Shown here in pieces: positions 9,703 to 18,366 of a stretch of DNA of 63,765 nt. A program made the position numbers and the translations under genes. The notes beneath the pieces are model-generated. The model searched no databases. It had not been told where the DNA came from and worked only from the letters and a program-made list of their open reading frames with translations. This stretch comes from an uncultured Thermotogae bacterium (GTDB taxonomy: Bacteria > Bipolaricaulota > Bipolaricaulia > UBA7950 > UBA9294). Where the stretch lies: the NCBI GenBank assembly GCA_964547105.1, contig CAZJLO010000001.1:6659-70423 (forward strand). The letters run 5' to 3'. Numbering within the stretch: position 1 is the stretch's first letter; every line of letters begins with the position of its first letter.

Positions 9703-9717
9703 TCCATTAGCATGCAT

Positions 9718-9752
9718 GCACCCGGTGTTCGGTCATTGCCCACACCGGGTGC
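9718..9752 (+). terminator. Stable hairpin between ggt2 and the DUF6305 gene (terminator, attenuator or processing stem)
   Basis: GCACCCGGTGT / ACACCGGGTGC perfect 11-bp stem, 13-nt loop, followed by CATTTCTT. Confidence 0.45.
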
Positions 9753-9775
9753 CATTTCTTCAGAAGGGAGACAAC

Positions 9776-10399
9776 ATGAAATATAGACTGGGATGGATGC
9801 TGATTGTCTTGCTCTTCGTGAGCGCAGGGGCCGCGATTGGCCAAGAAGCGGAGGAGGCGGCTGCGCCGGAGACATTCGCTGCTCCCGTTGTGATCGTCTC
9901 GGTCGGACAGAGCGCCGGAGCACAGCAGGCCAGGGTCCTCGCCATCCGGGCGGGACTGGACTACGTGTTCGAGCAGCGACCCGAGTCTTCGATTCTGGAA
10001 GGAAGTCAAACGCTGATTCTGGTCATGGGAGCAAGCAGCAAAGGCCTCGGGGCAGCCGGCGTCGATATTGACGGCGAGATTGCCTGGGCCGTCGATTTGG
10101 TTGCCAGAGCTCGCGAGCTGGAGATGAAGATCATCGCGATGCACATCGAGGGGGGAGCACGCCGTGGTTCGACAAGCGATCAGATCATCCTTGCGATCAC
10201 GCCCCTCGCTGACTACATCGTCGTCAAGGGGGCAACGCCTGGCGTCGAATGGATCGAATCCGAAGAAGCCGACGCCAACGCCGATGGCTTGTTCTCGACG
10301 ATTGCGATCGAGAACGAGATCGGAATCACGTACATCGCGAAGACGTTGGATGGCGTCGAGGTTCTGATGGATCTCTTCGAGATCGAACCCACCGAGTAG
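9776..10399 (+). CDS. DUF6305-family exported protein
   Basis: Signal peptide; motifs 'SVGQS', 'LVMGASSKGLGAAG.D...E', 'IAMHIEGGARRG..SD' recognised as DUF6305. Confidence 0.75.
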   Translation: MKYRLGWMLIVLLFVSAGAAIGQEAEEAAAPETFAAPVVIVSVGQSAGAQQARVLAIRAGLDYVFEQRPESSILEGSQTLILVMGASSKGLGAAGVDIDGEIAWAVDLVARARELEMKIIAMHIEGGARRGSTSDQIILAITPLADYIVVKGATPGVEWIESEEADANADGLFSTIAIENEIGITYIAKTLDGVEVLMDLFEIEPTE

Positions 10400-10420
10400 A
10401 CCACCAGGAAAGGGTAATAA

Positions 10421-11476
10421 ATGGCACGCCGACGAACTCGAGTTCTTGTTGTCTTTATTCTGATGATTGCTTCCTTGGCGGTGCTCGGCGTCGCCGACGA
10501 GCCGCTATCACACGATATCCGACCCGGATATGGCGTCACGGACGTCCGCTGGCTGAGCGACTACTTCCAGCCGCTACGAGACACTGCCGGAGACACGCCG
10601 GTCTACATCCTAGAAGGCGAGCAGTCCGGCGGAGTGTTCCTTCTTCTTGGCGGAACCCATGCCAACGAGATCGCGGGAATCATGGCCGCAACACTGGTTG
10701 TCGAGCGCGGCGTGGCCACGCAGGGGACGGTCATCGTCATCCCTCACGCCAACAACAGCGCCGCCAAACAGAATTCCGGCACGTACAACGCAAACACGCC
10801 TCAGTGGTTTGAACTCACCACCGCAAGTGGTGAAGTGCGCAGGTTTCACTATGGCGATCGCCGAACACAGCCCGAAGACCAGCAGCCGGACCCGGATACG
10901 TTCGTCCACTTCCCATCCGGGATCGAATTCGCGGGGGACGAGGCAAGGAACCTGAACCGCAACCATCCTGGCAAACCCGACGGCACGTTGACCCAGCAAA
11001 TCAGCTACGCCTTGTTCCAACTCGCGGAGTCAGAGAATGTCGGCATCGTCGTCGACATGCACGAGTCATCGCTGACGAGCAGTCTGGCGTATACGTTGGT
11101 GTGCCACCCGCGCGCCCTGGTGGTCGGGGCGTTTGCGATTCTCGATCTGGAGCTGGGAGGGATTGCCCTCAAGCAGGAAGAGTCGCGTCAAGAGTACTAC
11201 GGGCTCAGCCATCGCGAATTCGGTGACAGAACGGGCGCACTTGCATTTCTGATCGAATCACCGAACCCCGGCCAGGAGGGGGGCGAACAAGCTCCCGATG
11301 TGATCAACGATCCGCGCGCTCCGTTGTCGACCCGCGTGCATCTTCAGATGGCGACCGTTCAGGCGATCCTATCCAATCATGGATTGCTGGGAGAAAGCGA
11401 AGATTCAATCGCCCTCTCTTTTCCATTTGACCTTGATGAACTCGTCGGGGCCGATCTCGGAGCGTACCTGAGGTGA
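10421..11476 (+). CDS. Succinylglutamate desuccinylase/aspartoacylase (M14-like Zn hydrolase), exported
   Basis: Signal peptide; GGTHANE (HxxE), NLNR, VDMHES, catalytic Glu in FLIES. Confidence 0.85.
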   Translation: MARRRTRVLVVFILMIASLAVLGVADEPLSHDIRPGYGVTDVRWLSDYFQPLRDTAGDTPVYILEGEQSGGVFLLLGGTHANEIAGIMAATLVVERGVATQGTVIVIPHANNSAAKQNSGTYNANTPQWFELTTASGEVRRFHYGDRRTQPEDQQPDPDTFVHFPSGIEFAGDEARNLNRNHPGKPDGTLTQQISYALFQLAESENVGIVVDMHESSLTSSLAYTLVCHPRALVVGAFAILDLELGGIALKQEESRQEYYGLSHREFGDRTGALAFLIESPNPGQEGGEQAPDVINDPRAPLSTRVHLQMATVQAILSNHGLLGESEDSIALSFPFDLDELVGADLGAYLR

Positions 11477-12867
11477 GCGCCGTTCCCATCGAACTATGGG
11501 TGTTCGTGGCGATGGTCGGCGGGTTTGCCCTCGCGACGTTCGCCGCCAAGCTTCCGGTGTCCGTTTCGTTGGCGGCGGCCGCCATTCTCGGGGCGCTTGT
11601 CGCCGGAAGCGGCTTCCCGCTTCGCCAATTCGTCGAGGGGACAATGGGGTACCTGGACACGCTGTTGATCATCGCCACGGCGATGATCTTCATGCGCATG
11701 ATCCAGGCATCGGGGCTGCTCGACACGATAGCTCACCACATCGTAGTCGTGTTTCGAAACCGCCCGGCGACGCTGCTCGTGCTGATGATGCTGTTTGCGA
11801 TGTCCGCGGGAATGATCACCGGCTCGTCAACCGCAGCTGTCTTGACTACGGGCGCAATCGCCGCGCCGGTGTTCATGTCGATTGGAATCACCCGCGAGCG
11901 GACAGGAGCAATTATCGCCATGGCCGGGATCCTAGGAATGATTGCGCCGCCGGTCAATATCCCGGTGATGATCATCGGCGGCGGGGTGGACATGCCGTAC
12001 ATCGGCTTCGGCCTTCCTCTGCTTGCCCTGACGATTCCTTTGGCGATTGTGATCGTTCTCGCACTCGGATTCGGGGCGGCACGGCGTACGACGATTAACA
12101 TCGACGCTCTCCCCCCCTCCTACCACCGCCAGTATGGGTGGAAGCTGTATCTTCCGTTGATTTTGCTTGTGCTGCTGATCGGCGCCGAACGCGCATTCCC
12201 GCAGTTCTTTCCGTCGCTCGGTATGCCGCTTGTGTTTACGATCTGCGCCCTCCTCACGCCATTCACCGGTCGACGTCTGCATCCGCTTGTGGTTTCCAGA
12301 GACGCGGTGAAGGCCGCCCTCCCGGTGATGGGAATTCTCGCCGGCGTGGGGATGTTTCTTCAGATCATGGCGCTGACCGGAGCACGCGGATTCATCGTTT
12401 CGCTACTCACGGGGCTTCCTACCGGGTGGCTGTATCTGAGCATCGCCGTGAGCATGCCGCTGTTCGGCGCCGTCTCCGCATACGGATCGGCTTCGATCCT
12501 CGGAGTCCCGTTCGTGTTGTCGCTGCTCGGCACCAGTGAGATCATCGTCGCTTCGTCGCTGTCGTTGGTTGCCGCAATGGGAGATCTGATGCCGCCGACG
12601 GCACTCGCCGGATTGTTCGCCGCCAAAGTAGTCGGGCAACCCAACTATGTCCGCGTGCTCAAGCATTGTCTCGCTCCCGCGGCACTGACGATCGCGGTCA
12701 GTATCGGATACATCGCCACAGCAAGTTTCTGGGATCGCCTGTTCGGCACGGAGAGCACGGGCTTGTGGCTCGCAGTGATCGCCGGATTCATCGCCACGGT
12801 CGTTACCATCGTGTTGGTTCTTGATCGATGGGCGCATCGCGGCCGGAAGCAGGAGGTGGCGTCGTGA
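11473..12867 (+). CDS. DctM/IT-superfamily permease (TRAP large-subunit-like)
   Basis: About 11-12 hydrophobic segments; 'GMITGSSTAA', 'GMIAPPVNIP', 'GDLMPPTA' helical-hairpin motifs; GTGA overlap with upstream gene. Confidence 0.8.
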   Translation: MSAVPIELWVFVAMVGGFALATFAAKLPVSVSLAAAAILGALVAGSGFPLRQFVEGTMGYLDTLLIIATAMIFMRMIQASGLLDTIAHHIVVVFRNRPATLLVLMMLFAMSAGMITGSSTAAVLTTGAIAAPVFMSIGITRERTGAIIAMAGILGMIAPPVNIPVMIIGGGVDMPYIGFGLPLLALTIPLAIVIVLALGFGAARRTTINIDALPPSYHRQYGWKLYLPLILLVLLIGAERAFPQFFPSLGMPLVFTICALLTPFTGRRLHPLVVSRDAVKAALPVMGILAGVGMFLQIMALTGARGFIVSLLTGLPTGWLYLSIAVSMPLFGAVSAYGSASILGVPFVLSLLGTSEIIVASSLSLVAAMGDLMPPTALAGLFAAKVVGQPNYVRVLKHCLAPAALTIAVSIGYIATASFWDRLFGTESTGLWLAVIAGFIATVVTIVLVLDRWAHRGRKQEVAS

Positions 12868-13007
12868 CCTTTCTGTACCAGGCCATCACCGCAGGAGTGA
12901 TCGTCTTTGCCATATGGAATCTGTTCCGGGAACGTCGACTTGCGGAGCAAATGGGGATCGCCCTGGTGCTGATCCCTCTTCTGTTGAGGGTGTTGATGAT
13001 CAAGTGA
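12864..13007 (+). CDS. 47-aa two-helix membrane microprotein (missing from ORF track)
   Basis: GTG 12864 with SD AGGAGG; MTFLYQAITAGVIVFAIWNLFRERRLAEQMGIALVLIPLLLRVLMIK; GTGA overlaps at both ends fill the gap exactly. Confidence 0.8.
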   Translation: MTFLYQAITAGVIVFAIWNLFRERRLAEQMGIALVLIPLLLRVLMIK

Positions 13008-14254
13008 GCGCCAAGACTAGGACCAGGATCGGAATCAGGTCCGGGCTCAAGGACAACGCGAACGAGAAGATAATGTCCCCGGCCCCAACCGAAGAGAGCA
13101 ACGGCAAAGGTAGATCTTGGATCGCAGCGGGCGCGCTGATCGCCGTCGTTGCTGCAGCTGTCGCGATCTCGGCGCGCGAGTTTGTCGCGATGTGGGAAGA
13201 TCCACCGATTTACCCGGGACCTGGGGTCACGGAGCAGTTCATGCTGAGCAGCATCGCGCCGGAGTTGGCAGGATCGGCCGCAGATACAGAAGTCTACGTC
13301 CTTGGTGGCGACCTCCCCGGTGGAGCGCTCCTGATTCTCGGAGGAACGCATCCCAACGAACCGGCTTCTTCGCTGACCGCGATCACGATCATCGAGAACG
13401 CGGTCGTCAGCGAAGGGCGGCTGCTGGTGATCCCGCGGGCGAACCACAGTGCATTCACATGCACCGATCCGCAGGAAGGCGCGCCACAAACGTATCTCAT
13501 CGAGACACCTGGAGGAGACCGTCTGTTCCGATATGGAAGCCGAGCGACCAATCCGATCGATCAATGGCCCGATCCCGTCATCTATGTGGGGTCTTCCGGT
13601 CAAGCGCTGGCCGGAGCCGAAGTGCGGAATTTGAATCGGTCCTACCCTGGAGATTCCGGGGGATACTTGACCGAGAAGCTCGCGGCGTCAATTCTCGATT
13701 TGATTCGGACAGAGAACGTTGATCTTGCCATCGACTTGCACGAGGCGTCTCCTGAGTATCCGGTGATCAATGCAATCGTCGCCCACGAGAATGCGTTGCC
13801 GCTCGCCGTGGAAGCGGCGCTCTTCTTGGAATTCGAGGGCATTCAAATCGGCGTTGAAGCCTCGCCGATCAATCTGCGCGGCCTGAGTCATCGTGAATGG
13901 GGAGACGCCACCGACACACTTGCCCTGCTGATTGAAAGTACCAATCCAGCCCAGGGACGCCTCCGCGGAGCGATCAGCTCCGAGTTGATCCTCGAAGGCG
14001 CCGATCCCTACTACATCCGCGCCGCGGAACACGGACTCCTCTACGTCCCGTTTACCGATGCGGGACATCCGATCGAAGAGCGTGTCGGACGCCACCTTGA
14101 GTCGATCGCGATGTTGACGGAGATTTACAGCTCTTATCATCGGGATCGCCCGGTGTCGGTTTCCGGACTTCCCACCCTTTCGGACCTACTGGCGCGGGGA
14201 CTCGGAGAATATCTGGATCCTCCACCCCGGGAAGCGGATGATTCTACGCGGTGA
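13004..14254 (+). CDS. Succinylglutamate desuccinylase/aspartoacylase (M14-like Zn hydrolase), membrane-anchored, copy 2
   Basis: N-terminal TM (WIAAGALIAVVAAAVAISA); GGTHPNE, NLNRSYP, IDLHEA, LLIES. Start GTG 13004 (overlap) or ATG 13073. Confidence 0.85.
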   Translation: MSAKTRTRIGIRSGLKDNANEKIMSPAPTEESNGKGRSWIAAGALIAVVAAAVAISAREFVAMWEDPPIYPGPGVTEQFMLSSIAPELAGSAADTEVYVLGGDLPGGALLILGGTHPNEPASSLTAITIIENAVVSEGRLLVIPRANHSAFTCTDPQEGAPQTYLIETPGGDRLFRYGSRATNPIDQWPDPVIYVGSSGQALAGAEVRNLNRSYPGDSGGYLTEKLAASILDLIRTENVDLAIDLHEASPEYPVINAIVAHENALPLAVEAALFLEFEGIQIGVEASPINLRGLSHREWGDATDTLALLIESTNPAQGRLRGAISSELILEGADPYYIRAAEHGLLYVPFTDAGHPIEERVGRHLESIAMLTEIYSSYHRDRPVSVSGLPTLSDLLARGLGEYLDPPPREADDSTR

Positions 14255-14430
14255 TACAGGGATCGGATTCACCGCACTTCGCAAGCCTTCAATCTGGGAA
14301 CTAGATTGTCGTTTTGAGCTGCGCTCATCGGCGATTCAACCCGAGAGACGGGGCGACAAGGCTGTCCGCTACCGGCGGTGGTATGAGCCAGATATAATGA
14401 CGCCGAAAGAAGGGACAAGAGGTGAACGCA

Positions 14431-15309
14431 ATGGTAGAGAAGGGAACATTTCGTGTGAAGAGTGGCTTGGCTGAGATGTTGAAGGGCGGCGTGATTATGG
14501 ATGTCACCACCGCCGACCAAGCACGGATTGCCGAGGAAGCGGGCGCGGTGGCGGTGATGGCGTTGGAACGAGTTCCCGCCGATATCCGCGCCCAGGGCGG
14601 CGTAGCTCGCATGGCCGACCCGACGAAAGTCGCCGAAATCATGGAATCAGTCAGCATTCCAGTGATGGCGAAGGCCCGTATCGGCCATTTTGTCGAGGCC
14701 CAGATCTTGCAGGCGCTTGAAGTCGACTATATCGATGAATCGGAGGTGCTGACGCCGGCCGATCCAACCTACCACATCGACAAGTGGGCATTCACCGTCC
14801 CGTTCGTTTGCGGGGCGAGGAACCTTGGAGAAGCGTGTCGAAGGATCGCCGAAGGTGCGGCGATGATCCGCACCAAGGGGGAACCGGGAACAGGCAACGT
14901 GATTGAAGCCGTCCGCCACATGCGGCTAATGAACGAGCAAATCCGCCGGGTGTTGAATGCTTCCGATGAGGAACTGGTCTCGGTCTCCAAGGAATTCGGT
15001 GCTCCTCTCTACGTTCTGCAAGCCATCCGCGACAAAGGACGACTCCCCATGGTGAACTTCGCCGCAGGCGGAATCGCGACACCGGCGGATGCTGCGATGA
15101 TGATGCAGTTGGGATGTGATGGCGTCTTTGTCGGAAGCGGAATCTTCAAATCGACCGATCCGGTGAAGCGAGCCCGGGCGATTGTGTTGGCGACGAACCA
15201 CTTCATGGACGCCGCTCGACTGGCTGATATCTCCCGGAACCTTGGTGAGGCCATGGAAGGAACGGTCATCGAGGAGATCCCGCCGCATGAAATGATGCAG
15301 ACGCGCTGA
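14431..15309 (+). CDS. pdxS: Pyridoxal 5'-phosphate synthase lyase subunit
   Basis: [43 protein letters not shown]; SD GAGGTG 6 nt before ATG 14431; TATAAT at 14393-14398. Confidence 0.97.
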   Translation: MVEKGTFRVKSGLAEMLKGGVIMDVTTADQARIAEEAGAVAVMALERVPADIRAQGGVARMADPTKVAEIMESVSIPVMAKARIGHFVEAQILQALEVDYIDESEVLTPADPTYHIDKWAFTVPFVCGARNLGEACRRIAEGAAMIRTKGEPGTGNVIEAVRHMRLMNEQIRRVLNASDEELVSVSKEFGAPLYVLQAIRDKGRLPMVNFAAGGIATPADAAMMMQLGCDGVFVGSGIFKSTDPVKRARAIVLATNHFMDAARLADISRNLGEAMEGTVIEEIPPHEMMQTR

Positions 15310-15899
15310 TGATCATCGGAATCTTGGATCTGCAGGGAGCGGTGCGTGAGCATCGAATAAGCCTCGAAAGGCTCGGCGTAGCCGTCCGAATGATCAAGCA
15401 GGCTTCGGATCTCGATGAGCTGTCGGGAATCGTGTTCCCTGGCGGCGAATCCACCGCCATGCAGCGACTCGCCGCCGGATCTTTGCGAGATCGTCTGCGC
15501 GAGCTCTCGCATAATGGCTTCCCGATGTTCGGAACATGCGCCGGGATGATCCTTCTTGCCGATACGGTCGATGGAGCGGCAACGCCACACCTCGGCGGAA
15601 TGGATATCGCCGTCACCCGCAATGCCTCCGGCCGGCAGGTACACAGCTTCGAGACTACTCTGGAAGTCAAGGGAATCGGCTTCGACGTCCCAGCCGTCTT
15701 CATCCGCGCCCCGTTTATCGTACAGGTCGGATCGAACGTCGAACCGCTCGCCGAGTACAACGGAACCACCGTGATGGCACGGCAGGGGCCGTTGCTTGTC
15801 ACGAGCTTCCATCCGGAATTGACCGACGACGATCGGATCCACGAGATGTTTGTCGACATCGTGCGGCATCACCATCAGAATTGGACTCAGCATAAGTAG
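15309..15899 (+). CDS. pdxT: PLP synthase glutaminase subunit
   Basis: LQGAVREH, PGGEST, GTCAG (Cys), RNASGRQ, FIRAP, FHPE. Confidence 0.96.
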   Translation: MIIGILDLQGAVREHRISLERLGVAVRMIKQASDLDELSGIVFPGGESTAMQRLAAGSLRDRLRELSHNGFPMFGTCAGMILLADTVDGAATPHLGGMDIAVTRNASGRQVHSFETTLEVKGIGFDVPAVFIRAPFIVQVGSNVEPLAEYNGTTVMARQGPLLVTSFHPELTDDDRIHEMFVDIVRHHHQNWTQHK

Positions 15900-15913
15900 G
15901 AGGAAAGACCATC

Positions 15914-16933
15914 ATGAAAGTGGCAATCAATGGGTTTGGCCGTATTGGGAGAGCCCTGTTCCGCCTCGGATTCGGTGAGGCTTCGTTTGAGATCGTCGCG
16001 ATCAACGACCCGTTCATCTCGCCCGATGTCGCGCGGTATCTCCTGAGCAGAGACTCGGTGTACGGCCGGTACAGCAAGAGCGTCGAAGCGACCGAAAATG
16101 CCCTGATCGTCGATGGAATAACCGTTCCGATCCTTTCGGAGCGAGACCCGTCGGCGCTTCCGTGGGGCAAGATGGACATCGACCTGGTGATTGAATCTAC
16201 CGGTGTCTTTCGGGCATTGACCGGTCCGAAGGGCTGTTCGCAACACATGGACGCCGGCGCCAAGCGAGTCTTGTTGTCGGTTCCCCCCAAAGGGGACGGC
16301 GCCGGAGAGATCCCGCAGATTGTGTATGGCGTCAATCATCAGGATGTCGATCTCGCCTCGTCGCTCGTCCTGTCGGCTGCATCCTGCACGACCAACTCGT
16401 TGGTCCCTGTCGCGCATGTTCTCGAAACCCACTTCGGGATCAAACATGCATTCTTGACCACAGTTCATGGCTATACCGCCGACCAGCGCCTTGTCGATTC
16501 CGCCCATTCATCGCTCGCGCGGGGGCGTGCGGCGGCATTGAATATCGTGCCTACGTCAACCGGAGCGGCAAAAGCGACGACACAAGTGATCACGAATCTC
16601 CTCGGAAAGATGGACGGCATGGCATTCCGAGTCCCCGTCGCCACTGGATCGGTCAGTGACTTCACAGTGGAGATGACGCAAGAAGTGACCGCGGAAGAAG
16701 TCAACAAAGCACTATGTTCCGCGGCCGAAGGCCCCCTCGCGGGCATTCTCGGGACAAGCGAAGATCCGATGGTCTCCAGCGACATCATCGGCGATCCGCA
16801 CGCAAGCGTGGTGGACTTGTTGTCGACCAAAGTAGTTGACAAGACGATGCTGAAAGTTGTTACCTTCTACGACAATGAGTGGGGATACACGAATCAGCTG
16901 CTCCGTGTCGCGAAGTTGGCGCTCCGGGCCTAG
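15914..16933 (+). CDS. gap: Type I glyceraldehyde-3-phosphate dehydrogenase
   Basis: INGFGRIGR, ESTGVF, ASCTTN, TTVHGYT, PTSTGAAKA, FYDNEWGY. Confidence 0.96.
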   Translation: MKVAINGFGRIGRALFRLGFGEASFEIVAINDPFISPDVARYLLSRDSVYGRYSKSVEATENALIVDGITVPILSERDPSALPWGKMDIDLVIESTGVFRALTGPKGCSQHMDAGAKRVLLSVPPKGDGAGEIPQIVYGVNHQDVDLASSLVLSAASCTTNSLVPVAHVLETHFGIKHAFLTTVHGYTADQRLVDSAHSSLARGRAAALNIVPTSTGAAKATTQVITNLLGKMDGMAFRVPVATGSVSDFTVEMTQEVTAEEVNKALCSAAEGPLAGILGTSEDPMVSSDIIGDPHASVVDLLSTKVVDKTMLKVVTFYDNEWGYTNQLLRVAKLALRA

Positions 16934-17720
16934 ACGACTACTTCGCTGGATCGAGGGACCGCTCGCGCTTCTCTATGCGCCGCATTGTCTGCTGTGTGGG
17001 CGGTCGCTCGATTCCCTCTCGCCGGTGTGCGCGATGTGCGCTCATGCTCTACCGCGGCTCCAAGGTCCGCGATGCCTGATCTGCCAGCAGCCTCTTCCCG
17101 AAGCCGGGCTCGATCTCTGTGTTCGTTGTGGAACGCATCATCGCGAGTTTGCACGGGCGGTGCCGCTCGGGCCCTACGAGGGTGGTTGGCGTCGTCTGAT
17201 CCTTGACTTGAAGGCCGGCAGAGACCGGGTCGTCAGCCGCTTCCTCTCCTCACAGCTTGCCGAGGAAGTCCGGCGACAGCCGTCGCGTGTCCCGGATATC
17301 ATCACATTCGTCCCAATGACGGCGCGCGAGCGCCGGAGCCGCGGATTCAACCAATCCCGCCTGCTGGCAACCGGAGTCGCCCGCCAATGCCGGATTCCCG
17401 TGGCGCGCTTGCTCACCAAACGTACGGACACGAAACGCCAATCCGTTCTTGGGGCCGAACAACGCCGGGCAAACTTGCGTGACGCGTTTAGCGCTGTACG
17501 ATCACAGCGTGGTCTTTCTCACGCTGTACGATCACAGCGTGGTCTTCACGCTGTACGATCATCTACGGAGTTGAGCTCGAAATCCGTGTTGCTGATTGAC
17601 GATGTCTTGACCACCGGCGCAACGGCAGAGGCCTGCTCGCGAGCTCTTCTCGACGCCGGATACGGAGAAGTGGTCGTGCTTGTCGTAGCACGGGCGGAAG
17701 GAAGCGGGATCTCAAGATGA
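16905..17720 (+). CDS. ComF family protein (double zinc ribbon + PRTase-like domain)
   Basis: CLLC/CAMC/CLIC/CVRC zinc ribbons, RGFNQS, LLIDDVLTTGAT; start uncertain (GTG 16905 chosen; ORF opens at 16857). Confidence 0.88.
   Translation: MSRSWRSGPRRLLRWIEGPLALLYAPHCLLCGRSLDSLSPVCAMCAHALPRLQGPRCLICQQPLPEAGLDLCVRCGTHHREFARAVPLGPYEGGWRRLILDLKAGRDRVVSRFLSSQLAEEVRRQPSRVPDIITFVPMTARERRSRGFNQSRLLATGVARQCRIPVARLLTKRTDTKRQSVLGAEQRRANLRDAFSAVRSQRGLSHAVRSQRGLHAVRSSTELSSKSVLLIDDVLTTGATAEACSRALLDAGYGEVVVLVVARAEGSGISR
17492..17561. repeat. In-frame tandem repeat of a palindromic unit inside comF
   Basis: CGCTGTACGATCACAGCGTGGTCTT at 17492 and 17522, partial copy at 17549; unit contains CGCTGT-ACGATC-ACAGCG hairpin; encodes AVRSQRGLSH-AVRSQRGLH-AVRS. 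Confidence 0.9.
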
Positions 17721-18328
17721 TGCTTGCCGACAGATGCAAAGACAGGCACGATCTCAAGATCGAGACGCTGTTTCTGGGGCCGCTTGCCACGAACTGCTAT
17801 GTCGTCTCCGACGGCACACGGATGATCGTCATCGATCCGGCGGAGGATTCGCCCCGACTTCGCGAACTGATCGCCGATCGGACGGTGCATCTCGTGATCA
17901 ACACCCACGGGCACTTCGACCATGTCGGAGGAAACTGGGCGATCGATCCTTCGGGAGGTGACATCTGTATCCATCCCGATGACGTTCCATGGGTCGATGA
18001 TGCCTACCCTGGACATCCGCCATTCGTCCGCTTCCTCGCCGAGGGAGATACTCCGATCCCGTCGTTGGAGGTTCTCCACCTTCCCGGGCATTCCCCGGGA
18101 AGCATCGCGCTTGTGGGGGGAGGCGCGATCTTCTGTGGCGATGTCTTGTTCGCAGGCTCCATCGGACGAACCGATCTCCCTGGCGGCTCATGGGAGCAAT
18201 TGAGACAGTCATTGCACCGGTTGATTTCGCTTCCGGGTGACTACATCGTGTACCCGGGGCACGGCCCGCAGACCACGTTGGGTCATGAGCGCAGATCCAA
18301 TCCGTTTCTTGCCGGTCTTCAAGCCTAA
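17717..18328 (+). CDS. MBL-fold metallo-hydrolase (glyoxalase II-like)
   Basis: THGHFDH, PGHSPG, FCGDVLF, GRTDLPGG, YPGHG. Confidence 0.92.
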   Translation: MMLADRCKDRHDLKIETLFLGPLATNCYVVSDGTRMIVIDPAEDSPRLRELIADRTVHLVINTHGHFDHVGGNWAIDPSGGDICIHPDDVPWVDDAYPGHPPFVRFLAEGDTPIPSLEVLHLPGHSPGSIALVGGGAIFCGDVLFAGSIGRTDLPGGSWEQLRQSLHRLISLPGDYIVYPGHGPQTTLGHERRSNPFLAGLQA

Positions 18329-18331
18329 ACC

Positions 18332-18360
18332 CTGGACGAACTCCTCCCAACCGATATGAT
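18332..18360 (+). promoter_or_regulatory. Candidate promoter giving a leaderless dnaG-rpoD transcript
   Basis: TATGAT 18355-18360, 6 nt before ATG 18367; weak -35 (TGGACG); no SD. Confidence 0.4.
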
Positions 18361-18366
18361 GAAGCT

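Noticed and set aside
12821-13003. N-terminal extension of the 477-aa ORF in the track
   Set aside because: Overlaps the permease end and the 47-aa microprotein; GTG 13004 or ATG 13073 fits better
17492-17561. Repeat considered as a mini CRISPR array
   Set aside because: Units are directly adjacent with no spacers, lie in frame within comF, and no cas genes are present
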